Assembly (NCBI GenBank): GCA_948470875.1 | Contig: CAOKQM010000004.1 | Location: forward strand, 2,678 to 66,677 | DNA from: an uncultured Clostridium sp. | GTDB lineage: Bacteria > Bacillota > Clostridia > TANB77 > CAG-508 | DNA: 64,000 nt | Direction: 5' to 3' | Part shown: positions 29,144-39,669 of the stretch, piece after piece | Position numbering within the stretch: position 1 is the first letter of the stretch | Layout: every line of letters begins with the position of its first letter | The notes under the pieces: generated by a model | The model's database searches: none | What the model was told of the DNA's origin: nothing | The model's input: the letters and a program-made list of their open reading frames with translations, nothing else | Made by a program: the position numbers and the translations under genes

Positions 29144-31112
29144 ATGGGTTTTTGGGATAAAGTAAAAGTTGCATTTAGAAAAATAAAAATTAAATTGATT
29201 ATTTATACAATTATTATATTAACTGTAGCAGTATGGGCGATGGCGCCATTAGCAGTTTCTATCCAACAAGGAAATGTTGTTGCACAAGCAGGACAGGATT
29301 TTTGGGCAGAATTTTTTACGCAGATGTTTTATAATATTCAAGAACCATTTTCGTGTTTAAAAAAATGCTTTAAAGAATATTTTCTAACTTATATGACTAC
29401 TTTAAAATGGTATTTTATTGTTTGTGCATTTTTTGCATTAGTTGGAATTTTAAAAGCCATTCCAAAACATGAATTTGAAAATATTGAAAATGGCTCTAGT
29501 GATTGGAGTGAGAATGGCGAACAATACACAATATTAAATAGAAAAAAAGGAATAGTATTAGCTGAGAAAAATTATTTGCCAGTTGATAAACGTGGAAATG
29601 TTAATGTATTAGTTGTGCGGAGGTTCTGGTGCAGGTAAATCAGCTTCTTATGTTAAACCAAATGCATTGCAATTACTGGGTTCTTATGTTTTTACAGATC
29701 CAAAAGGAGAGCTTTATGATGATACAGCAGGTTATTTTAAAGCAAAAGGATATGATGTAAAAGTTCTAAATTTAGTGCGTCCGCAAAATAGTGATGGTTA
29801 CAATCCACTTCACCATATTAATAATGAAATTGATGTGGATGTAATTGCTAATACAATTGTAAAAGGGCAAGGAGAAGGAAAAAGCTCTGATCCATTTTGG
29901 GATGATATGGCTGAAATGTTAATGAAAGCATTGATTTACTATCTAAAGGCAGTACGACCACCAGAAGAACAGAATTTAGCAAGTTGTTCAGAATTGGTAA
30001 GGGCAGCCAATAGTAAAAGTGGTGATAGTTTATTAGGAAATTTGATTAATCAATTGCCATATGATCATCCAGCTAGAATGTATTATAAAAATATTGAGAT
30101 GTTGCCAGAAAAGACATTTGGTTCTGTTTTAGGTACTTTACAATCAAAACTTGGAAAGTTTGATTCCAAGGAAATTGCAGAAGTAACTTCCACAGATACC
30201 ATTGATTTTACAGGTATTGGAAAAAGGAAAACAGCAGTATATGTTATATCTTCAGATACACATACAGCTTATGATTTTTTATTGACAATTTTTTTCTCAC
30301 AAATGATTCAACAATTGTACGATTTTGCTGATATTAATGGTGGAACACTTCCAATTCCTACCTATTTTATGTTAGATGAGTTTGCCAATATTGGACAAAT
30401 ACCTGATTTTGATAAAAAAATATCAACTTCAAGAAGTAGAAAAATATCATTTAGTGTTATTTTGCAAAACTTAGATCAGTTGGAGGCTGTTTATAAAGAA
30501 GCGCATGAAACGATTATTGGTAACTGTGATACTCACTTGTTTTTAGGTTCTAACTCTCAAAAAACAGTGGAATATTTTTCCAAGGCTTTGGGAGAAAAAA
30601 CAATTACAAGAGATAGTATATCTGTCAACAAAGATAGAGATAATTGGAAACAGGGTTTAAGCCAATCTGACCAAATTATGGCAAGAGCGCTTATGACGCC
30701 AGATGAACTTCGCAGAATGGATAATGATTTGTGTATTATTTATGAAAAAGGAATTAAACCAATTAAAGCAAATAAATATTATTATTTCAAATATCCAGAA
30801 GGAAAAATTATTAAAAAATATAAAGTAGATCATAATGATGTTCAAATAGAAAGAGGAGTTTGGAGGAAATATAATCCATACAATCCATATGTTGAAGGAC
30901 AGGATAGTAAAGGTGGAGGCGTTTCTCAGACATTGGAAAATTTGGATAATTTGTTTCAAGAGGAAGCAGGACTTAAAACAGATGCAAATCCAGCTGGAAA
31001 ACTTCCAGTAGATGCAAATGTAGATGAGCAAACAAAAGAAGAAGATTTAACAGATATTCAAAAAGAATTAGAAGCTAAATTTGACGAGTTATTTGGCAGT
31101 TTAGATGATTAA
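29144..31112 (+). CDS. type IV secretion coupling protein (VirD4/TraG family); continuous only with a +1 shift at in-phase CGG 29618-29620
   Basis: Two N-terminal TM helices. GTT GTG CGG AGG becomes VLVVGGSGAGKS (Walker A) when C29618 is skipped. Walker B FMLDEFANIG. Acidic C-terminal tail. Confidence 0.8.
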
Positions 31113-31150
31113 AAAAAGAGGCGGAGTGCAGTTAGCACTCCGCTTATTTT
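31113..31150. terminator. bidirectional terminator between the coupling-protein gene and the convergent small ORF
   Basis: GCGGAGTGC / GCACTCCGC 9-bp stem flanked by an A-run and a T-rich tract. Confidence 0.75.
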
Positions 31151-31424
31151 AGGTAAGCTTATTCCAGTATTCTTCCCACTTAATGGCTTCTTTTACAATG
31201 TGATGAATCTTAACTATTTCGAGAGCTGTAAAAGGTTGAGCAAGTAGGGCGTTTTTAGATGTTCGAATAGGAACCGTATAAAAATGATTGTTAATTAAGT
31301 TTATACGAGAATGTTTTCCTGTGTTAAATTCAATAACATCAATAAAGTAACTTTTTTTTGGAGCGGTAGGTGACTCAATTAAAATTGAAAATTTATCGCT
31401 CCGAATAATACATAAGTTTACCAT
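31149..31424 (-). CDS. hypothetical protein (91 aa) with in-phase CGG at codon 8
   Basis: Strong RBS AGGGGGGA 7-8 nt before the ATG at 31424. Frame 0 stays open for 91 codons. The +1 frame after the CGG stops after 7 codons. Confidence 0.45.
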   Translation of the reverse strand: MVNLCIIRSDKFSILIESPTAPKKSYFIDVIEFNTGKHSRINLINNHFYTVPIRTSKNALLAQPFTALEIVKIHHIVKEAIKWEEYWNKLT

Positions 31425-31533
31425 AAAAAAATCCCCCCTAAATAGTAGAATAAATTTATTATACCCTAAATTTACTATAATTTCAAGTAAAATTTTTTAG
31501 TTCATATAAACGAACATTTTTTCGTATTTTCTA

Positions 31534-31562
31534 TTGACGGAATAAAATATTTGTGATAAAAT
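31534..31562 (+). promoter_or_regulatory. sigma-A promoter with extended -10 upstream of the sbcD-like gene
   Basis: TTGACG, 17-nt spacer, TG-n-TAAAAT. Confidence 0.55.
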
Positions 31563-31585
31563 GGGGAACAAAGAAAGAGGATGTG

Positions 31586-32662
31586 ATGGTTTTGAAATTT
31601 GTTCATATTGCAGATATGCATTTTGATAGTCCTTTTACAGGATTAAATAGCAATGGAGATTTAGGAAATGTTAGAAGATTAGAACAAAGAAAAATTTTTA
31701 AAAAAATGATGGATTATATAAAAAAAAATCAAATAGAATATGTATTGATTGCAGGTGATCTATATGAACATCCATATGTTCGAAAATCAACGATTGAATA
31801 CATCAATCAGTTGTTTCAACAAATGAAAGATACCATGATTTTTATCAGTCCAGGAAATCATGATCCTTTTGTAAAAGGGTCGTATTATGACACATTTGAA
31901 TGGAGTGAAAATGTAAAAATTTGCAAAAGTGAATTAGAGGTGTTTCAGACTCCAGAAGTAGATATTTATATGACAGCTTTTACAGATTTTTATAAAGAAA
32001 ATTCTAATTTAGAACAAGTTAAAGTGAAAGCTCCAGAAAAGATAAACATATTGTTAACGCATTGTGATTTGAATGGTTCAAAAGACAAAGATGGATTTTC
32101 TTATCATCCGATTTTAGAATCAAAATTAGAGGCGTTAAAATTTGATTATATAGCTATGGGACATATTCATAGAACTAATTTTATGCCAGATAAAAAAATA
32201 GTATATCCAGGTTCAATGATGTCATTTGGGTTTGATGAATTAGGAAAACATGGAATGATTGTAGGAGAGCTTACAAAATATGAATTAAAAACAGAGTTTG
32301 TACAATTAGATGATAGAATATTTGAAAAATATGAATTTTCAGTAGATGATATTTTGAGCAAAGAAGAATTAATTGAAAAGCTAAATGATATATTTTTAGA
32401 AGAAAATAAAATGTATGAAATTGTTTTAGTCGGTAATCGAAAATTTGCAATTGATACAAGAGAAATCTTGAGATTAGTGAATTCAGAGGCTATTTTAAAA
32501 ATAAAAGATAAAACGCAAGCTAGTTATGATATTGAAAAAATAGCCAAAGAAAATAATTTAAGAGGAATATTTGTCAGAGAAGTTATTAAGAAATTTGAGG
32601 AAGGAATTTATTCAGAGGAACAAGTAAAAAGGACGATTGAGCTTGGATTAGAAGTTATGTAA
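31586..32662 (+). CDS. sbcD: SbcD/Mre11-type metallophosphoesterase nuclease (YhaO-like)
   Basis: KFVHIADMHFD, GDL.., GNHD and GH.H motifs. ATG 31586 follows AAGAGGA. Confidence 0.75.
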   Translation: MVLKFVHIADMHFDSPFTGLNSNGDLGNVRRLEQRKIFKKMMDYIKKNQIEYVLIAGDLYEHPYVRKSTIEYINQLFQQMKDTMIFISPGNHDPFVKGSYYDTFEWSENVKICKSELEVFQTPEVDIYMTAFTDFYKENSNLEQVKVKAPEKINILLTHCDLNGSKDKDGFSYHPILESKLEALKFDYIAMGHIHRTNFMPDKKIVYPGSMMSFGFDELGKHGMIVGELTKYELKTEFVQLDDRIFEKYEFSVDDILSKEELIEKLNDIFLEENKMYEIVLVGNRKFAIDTREILRLVNSEAILKIKDKTQASYDIEKIAKENNLRGIFVREVIKKFEEGIYSEEQVKRTIELGLEVM

Positions 32663-32690
32663 ATCCAGAAGTGTAAGAAAGGAAATTAGA

Positions 32691-34556
32691 TTGAAAATAG
32701 ATAAGTTAAAAATAAATGGATTTGGAAAAATAAAAAATAGAGAAATTGAGTTAAAAGATGGTATTCATATTATTTATGGAAAAAATGAATCTGGCAAATC
32801 GACAATCTTAAAATTTATAACAGGAATGTTATTTGGTATAGCAAAAAATAAAAATGGAAAGAATATATCTGATTTTGAGCGATATAAGCCATGGGAAGAT
32901 TCTGTGTTTTCAGGAAAAATGAAATACACATTGGAAAATGGAGAAGAATATGAGATTTTTAGAGAATTTAAAAAGAAAAACCCTGTTATTTATAATCATT
33001 TGAATGAAGATATTTCAAAAGAATTCCGTGTGGATAAAGCAAAAGAAATGAATTTTTTTGAGCAACAAACTGGAATTGATGAGTTCACATTTGTTAATAC
33101 AACAGTTATTCATCAACAAGAGGTAAAATTGGAAAAATCAGATACTAATATAATGATTCAAAAAATAAGTAATTTAGTTTCTACGGGAAATGATACCATA
33201 TCATTTAAAAAATCCATGGAAAAACTCAATAAGTTACAAAATGAAAGAATTGGAACAGAAAGAACAAAGCAAAAACCGATTAATATTGTAGAAAATAATA
33301 TAAAAAATTTATTAGAAGAAAAGAAAAAATTAGAGCAATTTAAAAAAACAATGAAAATGCAAGAAGCTAGTAAAAATCAAATCAATCAAGAATTGGAAAA
33401 ATTAGAAAACAGAAAAGAATTTTTGAAAAAAGCAGAAATTTATTTTAATGAAAAGAAAATGAAAAATGCGGAAATGGAATTTCAGCAAAATCTTTTAAAA
33501 GAATACGAAGATAAATTAGAAAAAATAAAGCAAAAAATGGAGACAAATGAGCAAGCCCAGAAACACAAAAAAAGAACTAGAAATATCAATTATAAACTTA
33601 TAGTTTTTATAACATTAATTGCTGGTATCGCAATTTTTGTTAGAAATGTAATTATCGATTTAATGGCAGGCATAGTAGTATTATTTGGTTTGATATTTGA
33701 TATTGTAAAAAAACAACAAAACAAGAAAAAATCTCAATTTGAGAATGTAACCAAAGATTTAGAAAATGAATATAAAATAGAAAAAGAAAATTACCAAAAG
33801 AAACGTCAAGAATTCGAACAAAAGCAAAAAAATTTGAAAATTGAAGATGAAAAAGCAAAAGCGTTATTCGTGAAACATTGCCAAGAAAAAGTGGAAATGC
33901 TATATGTTGAAAAGGTGCTAAATGGCAGTATAGAAGTAGAAAAAGAAAGGGAGTCAACTGTAAATGCGATTCAAGAATTAAATTTGCAAAATTGCCTTTA
34001 TGAAAATCAAAAGCAAAATATGGATGAAAAGTTAGAGCAATTGATACAGATTGATGAAAAATTAATAGAAGAACAAGCGCATAAACAGGAATTAGAATTT
34101 CTTAATAGTGTTTTTTTGCTGACGAAAGAATGTTTAGAAAATGCTTATTATGAGATGAAAAACAATATTAGTCCTAAATTTGAGCAAAAATTGTGTGAAA
34201 TTACAGCACATATAACAGATGAAAAATATCAAGAAATAAAAGTAAGTGATGAAAATGGTTTAAGTGTAGAAATTGAAAATGGTAGTTATATGCCAGTTGA
34301 GCGATTGAGTATCGGCACAATAGATGAGCTATATTTGGCACTTAGGTTAAGCATGTTATCTGAAATTACAACCGAAAAATTACCTATTTTCTTAGATGAA
34401 ACATTTGTGCATTTTGATGATAAGCGTCTGAAAAATATATTGTGCTATTTGCAAGATCAATATTATGATAATCAAATTTTTATTTTTACATGTTCAAATA
34501 GAGAAGAGAAATTATTAAATGAATTAAAAATAGACTATCAGTTGATAGAATTATAG
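32691..34556 (+). CDS. sbcC: SbcC/Rad50-like AAA ATPase with central coiled coil and membrane segments (YhaN-like)
   Basis: N-terminal Walker A GKNESGKST, long K/E-rich coiled coil, two hydrophobic helices near residue 310, C-terminal signature/Walker B (LSIGT.DELYLALRL...PIFLDE). Confidence 0.7.
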   Translation: MKIDKLKINGFGKIKNREIELKDGIHIIYGKNESGKSTILKFITGMLFGIAKNKNGKNISDFERYKPWEDSVFSGKMKYTLENGEEYEIFREFKKKNPVIYNHLNEDISKEFRVDKAKEMNFFEQQTGIDEFTFVNTTVIHQQEVKLEKSDTNIMIQKISNLVSTGNDTISFKKSMEKLNKLQNERIGTERTKQKPINIVENNIKNLLEEKKKLEQFKKTMKMQEASKNQINQELEKLENRKEFLKKAEIYFNEKKMKNAEMEFQQNLLKEYEDKLEKIKQKMETNEQAQKHKKRTRNINYKLIVFITLIAGIAIFVRNVIIDLMAGIVVLFGLIFDIVKKQQNKKKSQFENVTKDLENEYKIEKENYQKKRQEFEQKQKNLKIEDEKAKALFVKHCQEKVEMLYVEKVLNGSIEVEKERESTVNAIQELNLQNCLYENQKQNMDEKLEQLIQIDEKLIEEQAHKQELEFLNSVFLLTKECLENAYYEMKNNISPKFEQKLCEITAHITDEKYQEIKVSDENGLSVEIENGSYMPVERLSIGTIDELYLALRLSMLSEITTEKLPIFLDETFVHFDDKRLKNILCYLQDQYYDNQIFIFTCSNREEKLLNELKIDYQLIEL

Positions 34557-34731
34557 TAAGAGGCATGATGTAGATAAGAAGTTTTAGGATTCTTGGGTAA
34601 AATGCTATTTAAGAAAATTAATTTTTGAAAGAATTTTACAAATGCTTAGTTTTATTGTGTTGTAGACTTGAAAAATGAATAGAAATGGTGTATAATAGCA
34701 AGGATTAAAAATGAAAAGGGGAATGAGCCAT

Positions 34732-35793
34732 ATGTTTCAAAAGTTAGAAGAGGTAGAAAAAAGGTATGAGGAGCTAAATAAATTAATTAGTGATCCAGAA
34801 GTAATTTCAAACCAATCAGAATGGCAAAAGTTAATGAAAGAGCATGGTGGCATGCAAGATATTGTAGAAAAATATAGAGAATATAAAAAAGTAAAAAATT
34901 CATTAGAAGAAGCTAAAGAAATGCTAAATGATCCAGAACTAAAGGAATTAGCGGGATTGGAGCTAGAAGAAGCAAAAGAGAAATTACCAAAAATAGAAGA
35001 AGAGTTGAAAATTCTTTTAATTCCAAAAGATCCAAACGATGATAATAATGTTATTTGTGAAATTCGCTCTGGTGCGGGAGGCGAAGAAGCTGCTTTATTT
35101 GCAGGAACATTGTTTCGAATGTATTCAATGTATGCAGAAAGGAAAAATTGGAAAATCGATATTGTGAATGAAAATGCTACAGAATTAGGTGGGTATAAAG
35201 AAATTTCTTTTGTGATTACTGGAAAAGGAGCATATAGTCGATTCAAATTTGAAAGTGGTGTCCATAGAGTACAGCGTGTTCCAGATACAGAAAGTAGTGG
35301 AAGAATTCATACATCAACAGCAACAGTTGCTGTGTTACCAGAGGTAGAAGAAGTTGAAATAGAACTTAATCCAGCAGATATAAAAATGGAGGTGTTTAGG
35401 GCTTCTGGTGCAGGTGGTCAGCATATTAATAAAACATCATCAGCAGTTCGTTTAATTCATGAGCCAAGTGGAATCGTAGTAGAATGTCAAACACAAAGAT
35501 CACAAGTTCAGAATAGGGAATATGCGATGAAAATGCTACGTTCAAGATTGTATGAAATTGAAAAACAAAAACAAGATTCAGAAGTTGCCAATGCAAGGAA
35601 GAGTCAAGTTGGTAGTGGTGATAGAAGTGAAAAGATAAGAACTTACAATTATCCACAAGGGCGTATAACAGACCATAGAATTGGTATGAGCATTTTTCAG
35701 TTTGAAAATTTTTTAAATGGGGATATTGATGAATTAATTGAAAATTTAATTGCAACAGATAGAGCTGAAAAATTGAAGGGCAATGAGGATTAA
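34732..35793 (+). CDS. prfA: peptide chain release factor 1
   Basis: GGQ motif ([10 protein letters not shown]) and RF1-type N-terminus [15 protein letters not shown]. No in-phase CGG. Confidence 0.92.
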   Translation: MFQKLEEVEKRYEELNKLISDPEVISNQSEWQKLMKEHGGMQDIVEKYREYKKVKNSLEEAKEMLNDPELKELAGLELEEAKEKLPKIEEELKILLIPKDPNDDNNVICEIRSGAGGEEAALFAGTLFRMYSMYAERKNWKIDIVNENATELGGYKEISFVITGKGAYSRFKFESGVHRVQRVPDTESSGRIHTSTATVAVLPEVEEVEIELNPADIKMEVFRASGAGGQHINKTSSAVRLIHEPSGIVVECQTQRSQVQNREYAMKMLRSRLYEIEKQKQDSEVANARKSQVGSGDRSEKIRTYNYPQGRITDHRIGMSIFQFENFLNGDIDELIENLIATDRAEKLKGNED

Positions 35794-35838
35794 AAAGAAA
35801 ACTTCATGGGAAACCATGAAGTTTTTATTCAAATAATG

Positions 35839-36405
35839 TTATGTATTGAATTTATCAAATACTTTTTTCTGATAATTTATAAGCGATGAAAAAGAAATAA
35901 TAAAGGAAAGTTCAATAATAATAGTTGAGAAGATTTTATTTAAGTAAGAATGTTGGTATTTTTGAACCATTAAATCCGTTATTCTAGTAGCCAATTCTTC
36001 GGAAATAAATTCATATTGAATATAAGTTTGGTCAATTGTTTTTAAAAATGCAATATGATGAATGATGATATAAGTTATGCAAATAACAAATGATGTTAAT
36101 ATACATAAAACAAAAAATAAATTCATTTTTCGAAGAAACAAAATTGAATTTTCTGTATCTAAATAAGATTTTCGAAGACTTTCCAAAGTACTACTCTTGC
36201 AAATAAAGTGAAGCAAATGATAAATAAAAATTCCACAAATCAAGGAAAGTGCAATGGATAGAGGTAAACTAGATTTTTCTAGCAAAGCATATTTAAAGAA
36301 TAAGACGACTAATAAAAAAATAAATCCAATTAAAATACTATAAGATAAAAATGAAAACAGATTATGTTTTAAAACTTGTTTGTAAGTTGCTTTTTTTGAT
36401 TTCAT
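35839..36405 (-). CDS. hypothetical polytopic membrane protein
   Basis: ATG 36405 follows AAAGGAG. 4-5 TM helices. Confidence 0.5.
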   Translation of the reverse strand: MKSKKATYKQVLKHNLFSFLSYSILIGFIFLLVVLFFKYALLEKSSLPLSIALSLICGIFIYHLLHFICKSSTLESLRKSYLDTENSILFLRKMNLFFVLCILTSFVICITYIIIHHIAFLKTIDQTYIQYEFISEELATRITDLMVQKYQHSYLNKIFSTIIIELSFIISFSSLINYQKKVFDKFNT

Positions 36406-36573
36406 AAATTTCTCCTTTGTGTAAAATAATGAGAGTATGACTCTTAAACATATCATATCATAAATTCAAAAATGTAACAAGCGATTTTGCAAAAATATTG
36501 GAATAAAATTCATATAATACTTGAAAAAAAATTGTATAACTGATATGATAGGAGAAAATATAGTTAGGCGGAA

Positions 36574-37743
36574 ATGGATATGAAGGAAAAACCAATCATA
36601 CAATCAAAGTCGAATATTGTAAAAATTTTAATATTTTTCTTAATTGTATTTTGTGTTGCTTTTTTGCTAGCTAGTTATTTAATTAATGATGCATTTAGGG
36701 ATTTGGTAGACAGAAGAATTTTGAAAAAGCAATTAATGGAAACTGATTCAAAAGTAATTGAACTAAACTCCGATACGAATCCTCATGTATATGCTTATAA
36801 TAAATATGTAACTGTTTTGAGCAAAAATGTTTTGACTTTTTATGACCAAAATGTAAATATTAGTGCGAAAGCGGATGTAAATATAACAACACCATATGTT
36901 GTTTCAAATGACAAATATTTTGCATTAGCAGAAGAAAATGGAAACAAATTATATTTAATTGAAGATACAATCATTAAATGGGAAAAAGAAATAGAAGGTC
37001 AAATTTATCGAGTTAGTGTTAATAAAAATGGATTTGTGAGTGTCCTTTTGAAAAATACAACCTATCAATCTATTGTGGTTGTGTATGACGTAGAAGGAAA
37101 CGAGCTATTTCGAACTTATTTGGCAACAAGCTACGCCATTTGTTCCGAAATTTCCGAAAATAATCACTATTTAGCAATTGGACAAATCGATTATTCTGGA
37201 ACGATTGTAAAATCAGTCGTAAAGTTAATTTCGATACAAGATGTGAAAAACAAAACGCAAAATTCAATTGTTTATACTTATGAATCAGAATCTAGTAAAA
37301 TTTTGAATAATATAAAGTTCAATGGCAAAAATGAGGCAATTTGCATGTTTGATTCTTACGTCCAAAAAGTAACAGCCTTGTCAGATGAAAGATTATATGA
37401 TATAAAAGATAATGATATTTTTGTTGATATTAATTTAAATAATGATATTGTTGTTGTGGAAAAAGAAACTTCTGGTTTATTTTCATACAAGTATCAAATG
37501 AACATCAAAGATACCATTGGAAAAAGTGATAATTTATATATTTTGGAGAATGAAATCCCCAGAAAATTAAAAGTAACCAAAAGCTGGATATGTTTAAATT
37601 TGGTTGGTGAAGTAAGAATGATTAACTCAAGTGGATGGCTTTTAAAATCTTACAAAACCAGAAACGAAATACAAGACATTGTGATTGGGGATAGAGTGAT
37701 TGGGATTGTATATAATAATAAAATTGAAGTAATTGGGATATAA
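36574..37743 (+). CDS. hypothetical membrane-anchored protein with repeated beta-strand modules (DUF5711-like)
   Basis: 389 aa with an N-terminal TM helix. The family call is tentative. Confidence 0.4.
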   Translation: MDMKEKPIIQSKSNIVKILIFFLIVFCVAFLLASYLINDAFRDLVDRRILKKQLMETDSKVIELNSDTNPHVYAYNKYVTVLSKNVLTFYDQNVNISAKADVNITTPYVVSNDKYFALAEENGNKLYLIEDTIIKWEKEIEGQIYRVSVNKNGFVSVLLKNTTYQSIVVVYDVEGNELFRTYLATSYAICSEISENNHYLAIGQIDYSGTIVKSVVKLISIQDVKNKTQNSIVYTYESESSKILNNIKFNGKNEAICMFDSYVQKVTALSDERLYDIKDNDIFVDINLNNDIVVVEKETSGLFSYKYQMNIKDTIGKSDNLYILENEIPRKLKVTKSWICLNLVGEVRMINSSGWLLKSYKTRNEIQDIVIGDRVIGIVYNNKIEVIGI

Positions 37744-37761
37744 ATTAAGGAGGAGCTGTAA

Positions 37762-38451
37762 GTGAATTCGTTAACCATGAGTGGAGTTATAGTGGACATG
37801 ATTCTGTTTTTCGTTTTGGCAGGAAATGCTGTATTGGGTTATAAAAAAGGTTTAGCTAAAGTGATATTTAGTTTTCTTTCAAGTATTATTGCCATCATTT
37901 TGGTTTTAATTTTGTACAAACCAGTCACCAATTATGTGATTTACAATACAAAAGCAAGTGAAAAATTGGAAACAATTTTTGAAGAAAATTTAGAATCATT
38001 ATTTGTAAAAGATGAACAAAATACAGAACAAACAAAAGATAGTAAATTAGATGTTTTGAAGATTTTTATTGGTGATGAAATGGGAAGTTTAGTGGAAGAA
38101 ACCAAAGATAGTGTGATTCAATATGCTTCTGTTGAAATTTCACATAAAATAATTAGTGTAATAGTTTTCTTTGCCTTATTTACAATTATTCGTTTGCTAT
38201 TATACATTGTAAGAAGCTATGTAGAAATGGTCGGAAACTTGCCAGTTATACGCATTTTCAATAGTTCAGGTGGTATGATATATGGAATCATAAAAGGATT
38301 TTTTATCATTTATATAACTTTTGCGATTTTATCTGTTTTATTGCCAATGATAGGAAATAATGTTATTATGGGTAGTATTCAAAATGCACCAATTGGAAGC
38401 AGAATGTTTAATCATAATATTTTGTTAAATTTAATATTTAGATTTTTATAA
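37762..38451 (+). CDS. cvpA: CvpA-family membrane protein
   Basis: The N-terminal D.IL...L......G..KGL motif and 4 TM helices are typical of CvpA. GTG start after AGGAGG. Confidence 0.65.
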   Translation: MNSLTMSGVIVDMILFFVLAGNAVLGYKKGLAKVIFSFLSSIIAIILVLILYKPVTNYVIYNTKASEKLETIFEENLESLFVKDEQNTEQTKDSKLDVLKIFIGDEMGSLVEETKDSVIQYASVEISHKIISVIVFFALFTIIRLLLYIVRSYVEMVGNLPVIRIFNSSGGMIYGIIKGFFIIYITFAILSVLLPMIGNNVIMGSIQNAPIGSRMFNHNILLNLIFRFL

Positions 38452-38471
38452 AAAGAGGTGGAAAAATCAAA

Positions 38472-39615
38472 TTGAGAAGATGTGAAAATATGAGAAAACA
38501 AAAGAAAAAGAAGAAAAATGGAAGAAAAATCATGTTGCTAATATTGCTTATCATCATTGCATTAGGAATTTTTTTCGGGTATTCCATTCATAAAAATGGT
38601 GGTGGTTTACAAGGAATTTTGGCAACAGTTTTAGGACAGGATATCGAAAAATTAGAAAATTTAGATACAATCAATATTCTTGTTTTGCGGTGTGAGTGAA
38701 GACATTCAAGCTCAATTAACAGACACAATTATGGTATGTTCGTACAATCCAAAAACGCAAAGAGCTTCCATGTTGTCAATTCCGAGAGATACTTTTATCG
38801 GAAAAAACAAAAATAAAGCCAATGGATACGATAAAATAAATTCAGTTTATGCAAGTGATGGACCAGAGGAATCTCTAAAACTTGCAGAAAAAATAACTGG
38901 TATGGAAATTCCATATTATGTTGTAGTCAACAATCATGTTGTAATAGATTTAGTCAATACAATTGGTGGTGTTTATTTTGATGTTCCAATTGATATGGAT
39001 TATGATGACAAAACGCAAAATTTACACATTCATTTAGAAAAAGGATATCAGCAAATTGATGGAGAACATGCAGAACAATTATTAAGATTTCGACACAATA
39101 ACAACGGAACGTCGTATCCTTCAGAATATGGAGATAACGATTATGGCAGGATGAAAACACAAAGAGAATTTATGATGGAAGTAGCAAAACAAACATTAAA
39201 ATTAAAAAATATAACTAATATCAAAACAATTATGACATCTATTTTCCAAAATATTGAAACAAATTTAGAATTAGATAATATATTTCCTTATGTTCCATGG
39301 GCAGTTAGTTTTGATACAGCTAATATCAATAGTAATCAAGTTGCAGGACAATCGCAAAAATGCAATGAATTATGGTTTTTTGTACAAGACGAAGAGAAAA
39401 CAACTCAAATTGTAAAAGAAATGACGAATTATGTGCAAGGAATACAAACACAAGAGGATATGTCAAATAAAATAGATGTGGAAAACGATATAACATCAAA
39501 TACAACAAAACAGAAAAATAGCACAAATACAACGAAAAATACCAATACGACTAAATCCAAAAACAAGACAACAAAAACCACAAATTCCACAAAATCAAAA
39601 TCAACTAAAAAATAA
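38472..39615 (+). CDS. LytR-CpsA-Psr (LCP) family cell-envelope phosphotransferase; continuous only with a +1 shift at in-phase CGG 38688-38690
   Basis: TM anchor. GTT TTG CGG TGT GAG TGA becomes NILVLGVSEDIQAQLTDTIMVCSYNP when C38688 is skipped, which matches the LCP core. Thr/Asn/Lys-rich tail. Confidence 0.8.
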
Positions 39616-39669
39616 ATAAAAAAGCTTGCTTTTTTGATAGCAAGCTTTTATAATAAGAATAGGGAGTTG

